From a virus (lineage: Duplodnaviria > Heunggongvirae > Uroviricota > Caudoviricetes): a stretch of 48,684 nucleotides of DNA. This document shows, piece after piece, positions 44,744-48,684 of this stretch. Where the stretch lies: the IMG/VR virus record IMGVR_UViG_3300020171_000017, positions 1 through 48,684 of that record; one strand, given 5' to 3'. The first letter of the stretch is position 1. Each line of letters starts with the position of its first letter. The translations under genes and the position numbers were made by a program. The notes under the pieces were generated by a model. That model had not been told where the DNA came from. It searched no databases and saw only the letters and a list, made by a program, of their open reading frames with translations.

Positions 44744-47700
44744 ATGGCAATAACCAAAGATACAGACAAACAATTATATCGGGATAAGCTCGGCGAAGAT
44801 GAAGTTATTATTGGCGATGAAGTAGACTCTACGAAGTTTAAGAATAAAATTAAATTTACAAAGTGGAACAAAGAAGAAAGTCTTACTATTGACTGCTCTT
44901 CTATTCCAGGCGAGCCAATCCTTGATGTAGACAAACTAAAGAGCAAAGATTTAACCAACGCCGAAAACTTTTATTATCAGAAGTTCGACGAGAACACCTA
45001 TAAGTTCGGGTTAATACTAAAAGAAAAACCATCTGCTGACAAGTTAGTTACCATCGACGGAGTTGAATATTATCAGTGGCAGTTTCAGTTAGAGGGGTGG
45101 GGGAATTTTGATTTCTTTTATCAAGAACCTTGGGTAAATGTAGAAGAATTCATACAAGACGGTGAAATTTGGGTAAAAAATTTAGATGTTGTTGACCATG
45201 CGCAAGTACGTCCTTTAAAAGTACAGGGTAGTTATGCTATTTATAGTAAGATAAGAAAAGAAGGTAAAACAAATAAATTTGGTCAGTTTTATGGTGTAAA
45301 AGTATTAGATTCTAATAATAAATTGTTGTGTCAAATTAATCTTCAAATAATAGATGGTATTTATATAATTAATATTCCACAATCTATATTTAATTATGAT
45401 ACACAATATCCATTACGATTTAATGACGAGTTTGGCAGAACAAGTCAAGGTAGTGGTAGCGATGGTTGGAGCGCAAATCGTATTGCAGGAAGTATTTATA
45501 ATTTATCAGTAGATGGAAGTGTATCAGCAATTCATTATTACGGTGGAATGACGGTAGGAGCGGGTAATGTTAAGGGAATTATATATGATGATAATGCAGG
45601 AACTCCTAATAATTTAAAAGGAGTTACAGATATTCTGAATTTACCTGATACCACTAAAGGATGGTACGCTTTAACATTCGCATCTCCTATTTCTCTTTCT
45701 GCTGGTGATTATTGGTTGATGTTAGTAACTGATACTAATAACAACAGTATTTCGGCAGATTATTCAGGAAGTCCTGCATCCCATTGTAGATATACGGCAA
45801 GTACTGCGGGGAATTATACTTCACCTCCTAACCCTTGTCCTAGTACTACCCAAATAAATGGTTATGAATTATCAGTCCACGCCACCTACACCCCAAGCGG
45901 GGGTTCAGCATCTGAAAGCCCAAGTTTATCACCGTCAATTTCGCCGAGTATTAGTATAAGTCCAAGTTTGTCGCCATCAGTATCACCTAGTATTAGTATA
46001 AGTCCAAGTTTGTCGCCATCAGTATCACCTAGTATTAGTATAAGTCCAAGTGCGTCGCCATCAATTTCGCCAAGTATTAGTATAAGTCCAAGTTTGTCGC
46101 CATCAGCATCACTGAGTATTTCGCCAAGCGCGTCACCGTCGATATCACCTAGTATTTCACCTTCGATAAGTCCAAGTATCAGTATAAGTCCAAGTTTGTC
46201 GCCTTCGGCATCACCAAGTATTTCACCAAGCGCGTCGCCGTCGATATCACCTAGTATTTCGCCTTCAATAAGTCCTAGTATCAGTATAAGTCCAAGTTTG
46301 TCGCCTTCGGCATCACCAAGTATTTCACCAAGTGCGTCGCCCTCAGTAAGTCCAAGTATATCACCAAGTGTATCGCCTTCGATAAGTCCGAGTATCAGTA
46401 TAAGTCCAAGTTTGTCGCCTTCGGCATCACCAAGTATTTCACCAAGTGCGTCGCCCTCAGTAAGTCCAAGTATATCACCAAGTGTATCGCCTTCGATAAG
46501 TCCGAGTATCAGTATAAGTCCGAGTTTGTCGCCTTCAGTATCACCGAGTATTTCACCGAGCTTAAGCCCTTCGGCATCACCAAGTATATCTATAAGTCCG
46601 AGCTTATCGCCAAGTGCATCGCCGTCAATATCACCAAGCATTTCACCTAGCATAAGCCCATCGATTTCACCTAGTATATCCATAAGCCCAAGCTTATCAC
46701 CATCGGTATCACCAAGTATTTCGCCAAGTGCGTCGCCGTCAGTAAGTCCGAGCATTTCGCCTAGCGCGTCACCTTCGATATCGCCTAGTATATCCATAAG
46801 TCCAAGCTTGTCGCCATCCATATCGCCAAGCATTTCGCCTAGCGCGTCACCTTCAGTACCAATTGGATCACTAAGTTTATCGCCTTCAATTAGTCCAAGT
46901 TTATCGCCAAGCATATCACCGAGTGTGTCGCCATCAATATCACCTAGTATTAGCATAAGCTCTAGTTTATCACCATCAATATCGCCTAGCGCATCACCTT
47001 CAATTTCACCAAGCATATCGCCAAGCGTATCGCCTAGTATATCCATAAGTCCGAGCTTATCGCCATCAATATCACCAAGTATTTCACCTAGCGCGTCGCC
47101 GTCGGTATCGCCAAGCATTTCACCGAGTATAAGTCCATCGATTTCACCTAGTATATCTATAAGCCCAAGTATTTCACCTAGCACATCACCATCGATTTCA
47201 CCGAGTATTTCGCCTAGCATAAGCCCATCGATTTCACCTAGTATATCCATAAGTCCAAGCTTATCACCATCAATTTCGCCAAGCATTTCACCTAGTATAA
47301 GTCCTTCAGCATCACCAAGTATATCCATAAGCCCAAGTTTATCACCATCAATATCTCCGAGTATTTCGCCAAGTAAATCGCCATCAATATCACCTAGCAT
47401 TTCGCCAAGTATAAGTCAGTCACTTTCACCGTCACTTTCACCTAGCATTTCGCCTAGCGCATCGCCATCCATTTCGCCTAGCATATCGCCTAGCATTTCA
47501 CCTAGTATATCCATAAGTCCAAGCTTATCACCATCAGTATCACCTAGCATATCACCAAGTGCATCGCCTTCGATATCACCTAGTATTAGTATAAGCCCGA
47601 GTTTATCACCTAGTGTATCGCCAAGTATAAGTCCATCTGTTTCTCCTAGTGCGGTTTATTTAGTGCGATTAAAATCAGCGACCGAACAAACAAGGTTATT

Positions 47701-47752
47701 ATCAGCGACCGAACAAACAAGGTTATTAAATTCTAATATGTTAGATAGTTGA
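44744..47752 (+). CDS. Large putative virion protein with globular N-terminal domains and a Ser-Pro-rich mucin-like tract
   Basis: About 390 aa of globular sequence, including a beta-sandwich-like segment (GWYALTFASPISLSAGDYWL), then 578 aa of (SPS[I/L/V/A])n and a 33-aa tail. Confidence 0.85.
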   Translation: MAITKDTDKQLYRDKLGEDEVIIGDEVDSTKFKNKIKFTKWNKEESLTIDCSSIPGEPILDVDKLKSKDLTNAENFYYQKFDENTYKFGLILKEKPSADKLVTIDGVEYYQWQFQLEGWGNFDFFYQEPWVNVEEFIQDGEIWVKNLDVVDHAQVRPLKVQGSYAIYSKIRKEGKTNKFGQFYGVKVLDSNNKLLCQINLQIIDGIYIINIPQSIFNYDTQYPLRFNDEFGRTSQGSGSDGWSANRIAGSIYNLSVDGSVSAIHYYGGMTVGAGNVKGIIYDDNAGTPNNLKGVTDILNLPDTTKGWYALTFASPISLSAGDYWLMLVTDTNNNSISADYSGSPASHCRYTASTAGNYTSPPNPCPSTTQINGYELSVHATYTPSGGSASESPSLSPSISPSISISPSLSPSVSPSISISPSLSPSVSPSISISPSASPSISPSISISPSLSPSASLSISPSASPSISPSISPSISPSISISPSLSPSASPSISPSASPSISPSISPSISPSISISPSLSPSASPSISPSASPSVSPSISPSVSPSISPSISISPSLSPSASPSISPSASPSVSPSISPSVSPSISPSISISPSLSPSVSPSISPSLSPSASPSISISPSLSPSASPSISPSISPSISPSISPSISISPSLSPSVSPSISPSASPSVSPSISPSASPSISPSISISPSLSPSISPSISPSASPSVPIGSLSLSPSISPSLSPSISPSVSPSISPSISISSSLSPSISPSASPSISPSISPSVSPSISISPSLSPSISPSISPSASPSVSPSISPSISPSISPSISISPSISPSTSPSISPSISPSISPSISPSISISPSLSPSISPSISPSISPSASPSISISPSLSPSISPSISPSKSPSISPSISPSISQSLSPSLSPSISPSASPSISPSISPSISPSISISPSLSPSVSPSISPSASPSISPSISISPSLSPSVSPSISPSVSPSAVYLVRLKSATEQTRLLSATEQTRLLNSNMLDS
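45917..47650 (+). repeat. Coding repeat (Ser-Pro-Ser-X)n, residues 392-969
   Basis: 4-residue period with occasional SI inserts and one interruption (VPIG). All six Ser codons are used. Confidence 0.97.
46277..46504 (+). repeat. Perfect 114-nt tandem duplication within the SP tract
   Basis: 46277-46390 equals 46391-46504 by direct comparison. Confidence 0.9.
47675..47728 (+). repeat. Perfect 27-nt tandem duplication (SATEQTRLL x2)
   Basis: TCAGCGACCGAACAAACAAGGTTATTA at 47675-47701 and 47702-47728. Confidence 0.95.
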
Positions 47753-47777
47753 TTTTTCCTTATTTATATGATATACT
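47749..47777 (+). promoter_or_regulatory. sigma70-type promoter
   Basis: TTGATT (47749-47754), 17 bp spacer, TATACT (47772-47777). The spacer closely resembles that of the 38411 promoter. Confidence 0.7.
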
Positions 47778-47809
47778 TTTATCAACCAAAGATTTGTTTA
47801 AATAGAATT

Positions 47810-47838
47810 GTCCTACTCTTACACAAAGCTAGCGGGCT
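47810..47838 (+). promoter_or_regulatory. Conserved 29-nt element, copy 3 (boxA-like)
   Basis: Identical to copy 1. Confidence 0.7.
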
Positions 47839-47873
47839 AAAATTGTATCTTCATGCAATTTAGCCTGTTTTTT
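47835..47873 (+). terminator. Intrinsic terminator
   Basis: GGCTAA-A-ATTGTAT-CTTC-ATGCAAT-TTAGCC followed by TGTTTTTT. Confidence 0.8.
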
Positions 47874-47905
47874 ATGTGTAGAACTATGTTTATTAGGAGG
47901 TGAAT

Positions 47906-48415
47906 ATGGCTATTACCGAAATTTCATTAATTCCCCAGTTGGCCCGCGAAATGGGCGATACTGATAGTTCGAATTTATATTATACTCCAAGCCAACTTTT
48001 CTCGGGAATTAACGACGGAATTTCAGAATTTTCATTAAATTCTCCCGATCAACAATACACTGTAATCGGCAGTGAAGATCTCGCATACATCTCCCCTGAA
48101 CCTAGTAAAGACGACCAGCGCCTTATCGTACTTTATGCCGCGCTTTGCCTTACGAATGGCGAAATTCAAAAGTCGGCACGCACTGCGTATACTCATAGTA
48201 ATCCAGCAGGAAGTACTAATTTAACTAGGATAACCGAATATTTAATAAAACAAGCTGAACGAATTCAGGACAAGATAGATAATGCGTTTACTTCTAGGAC
48301 CAGGACATTAGTGGAAGCAGAATTAGACGAATCAGGAGTTGAGCTAAAAGGACGGTCAAATTCTAGTGATGGTACTGAAGGGATAGGGATTACGACTATC
48401 GAGACAACAAATTAA
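47906..48415 (+). CDS. Putative head-tail adaptor (neck) protein
   Basis: Helical protein of about 169 aa (LAREMGDTD...YYTPSQL...IVLYAALCL), an adaptor-like pattern. RBS AGGAGG, ATG 47906. Confidence 0.55.
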   Translation: MAITEISLIPQLAREMGDTDSSNLYYTPSQLFSGINDGISEFSLNSPDQQYTVIGSEDLAYISPEPSKDDQRLIVLYAALCLTNGEIQKSARTAYTHSNPAGSTNLTRITEYLIKQAERIQDKIDNAFTSRTRTLVEAELDESGVELKGRSNSSDGTEGIGITTIETTN

Positions 48416-48418
48416 AAT

Positions 48419-48684
48419 ATGCCGCTAAATCAATATCAAAAATCAATACTTAAAACTGTTCGGGAAGATGAAAACGAAGTTTATGGCTTGAAATTTATTT
48501 CTTTGACAACTGGTGCTAGTTATTTTTCTGGATATGATGCTTACAGAAAGCAGACATGGGTAGAGACAGATACTTTTTTCTCGGGTTCTGTGCTATGGAC
48601 CCCATATTCATCAAAAAACAGTTCAGAAGGCGGTTTTTATAAATTAAGTAATATTGTAATAACTTGCAGCCGAGATAACCGCAC
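48419..48684 (+). CDS. Partial CDS (runs off the window), possible head-closure protein
   Basis: ATG 48419, MPLNQYQKSILKTVREDENEVYGLKFIS... open to the window end. Function is inferred from position only. Confidence 0.5.
   Translation, partial: MPLNQYQKSILKTVREDENEVYGLKFISLTTGASYFSGYDAYRKQTWVETDTFFSGSVLWTPYSSKNSSEGGFYKLSNIVITCSRDNR

Noticed and set aside
518-44958. Numerous short alternative-frame and antisense ORFs in the track (e.g. 4874-5209, 12485-12877, 14632-15120, 39138-39461, 44647-44958)
   Set aside because: They overlap motif-supported plus-strand genes and show no recognisable motifs. Only tnpA is accepted on the minus strand.
45886-47400. 504-aa minus-strand ORF (LGEILGDIDGD repeats)
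   Set aside because: Antisense shadow of the Ser-Pro tract. The repeat's codon structure keeps this frame free of stops, and it is entirely nested opposite a well-supported gene.
45917-47650. RNA polymerase II CTD (YSPTSPS) mimic
   Set aside because: The period is 4 rather than 7, there is no Tyr, and the context is bacterial.
4635-47838. Three 29-nt repeats as a CRISPR array
   Set aside because: The copies are 9-34 kb apart with no spacer periodicity and no cas genes, and each is tied to a promoter and terminator.
1-48684. tRNA, rRNA, integrase or att sites, tail and tape-measure genes
   Set aside because: None recognised by eye, so whether this is a prophage or a free phage cannot be decided from this window. 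tRNAscan was not run.

Overview
The window is a contiguous, almost entirely plus-strand virion-morphogenesis region of an AT-rich tailed dsDNA virus or prophage. The host is probably a diderm bacterium (sigma70-type promoters, AGGAGG-type ribosome-binding sites, an outer-membrane beta-barrel gene). Gene order: end of a TnpB-type IS; small genes; terminase large subunit; portal; two tandem paralogs; a head-spike/lectin protein fused to a clan GH-A glycoside hydrolase; an orphan receiver domain; a ligase-like/AAA+ fusion; prohead protease-scaffold; capsid cement; major capsid protein. Between the capsid gene and the putative head-completion genes lie about 27 kb (17750-44743) of soluble glycan enzymes: 11 glycosyltransferase genes (13 domains), 7 SAM methyltransferase genes, 4 SDR NDP-sugar enzymes including Gmd, a Glf-like mutase, a radical SAM/SPASM enzyme and an ATP-grasp ligase. 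I found no flippase, polymerase or initiating phosphoglycosyltransferase. Directly after the cluster is a 1002-aa protein with a 578-residue Ser-Pro-Ser-X tract. My best interpretation (inference) is an autonomous virion glycosylation system with a mucin-like scaffold. Two further signals stand out. (1) Three copies of a sigma70 promoter, a 29-nt boxA-like element and a structurally conserved terminator suggest antitermination control. (2) A complete IS200/IS605 element sits in a start codon, and its right end supplies a replacement in-frame ATG. All family assignments come from motif recognition by eye; no database searches were run.
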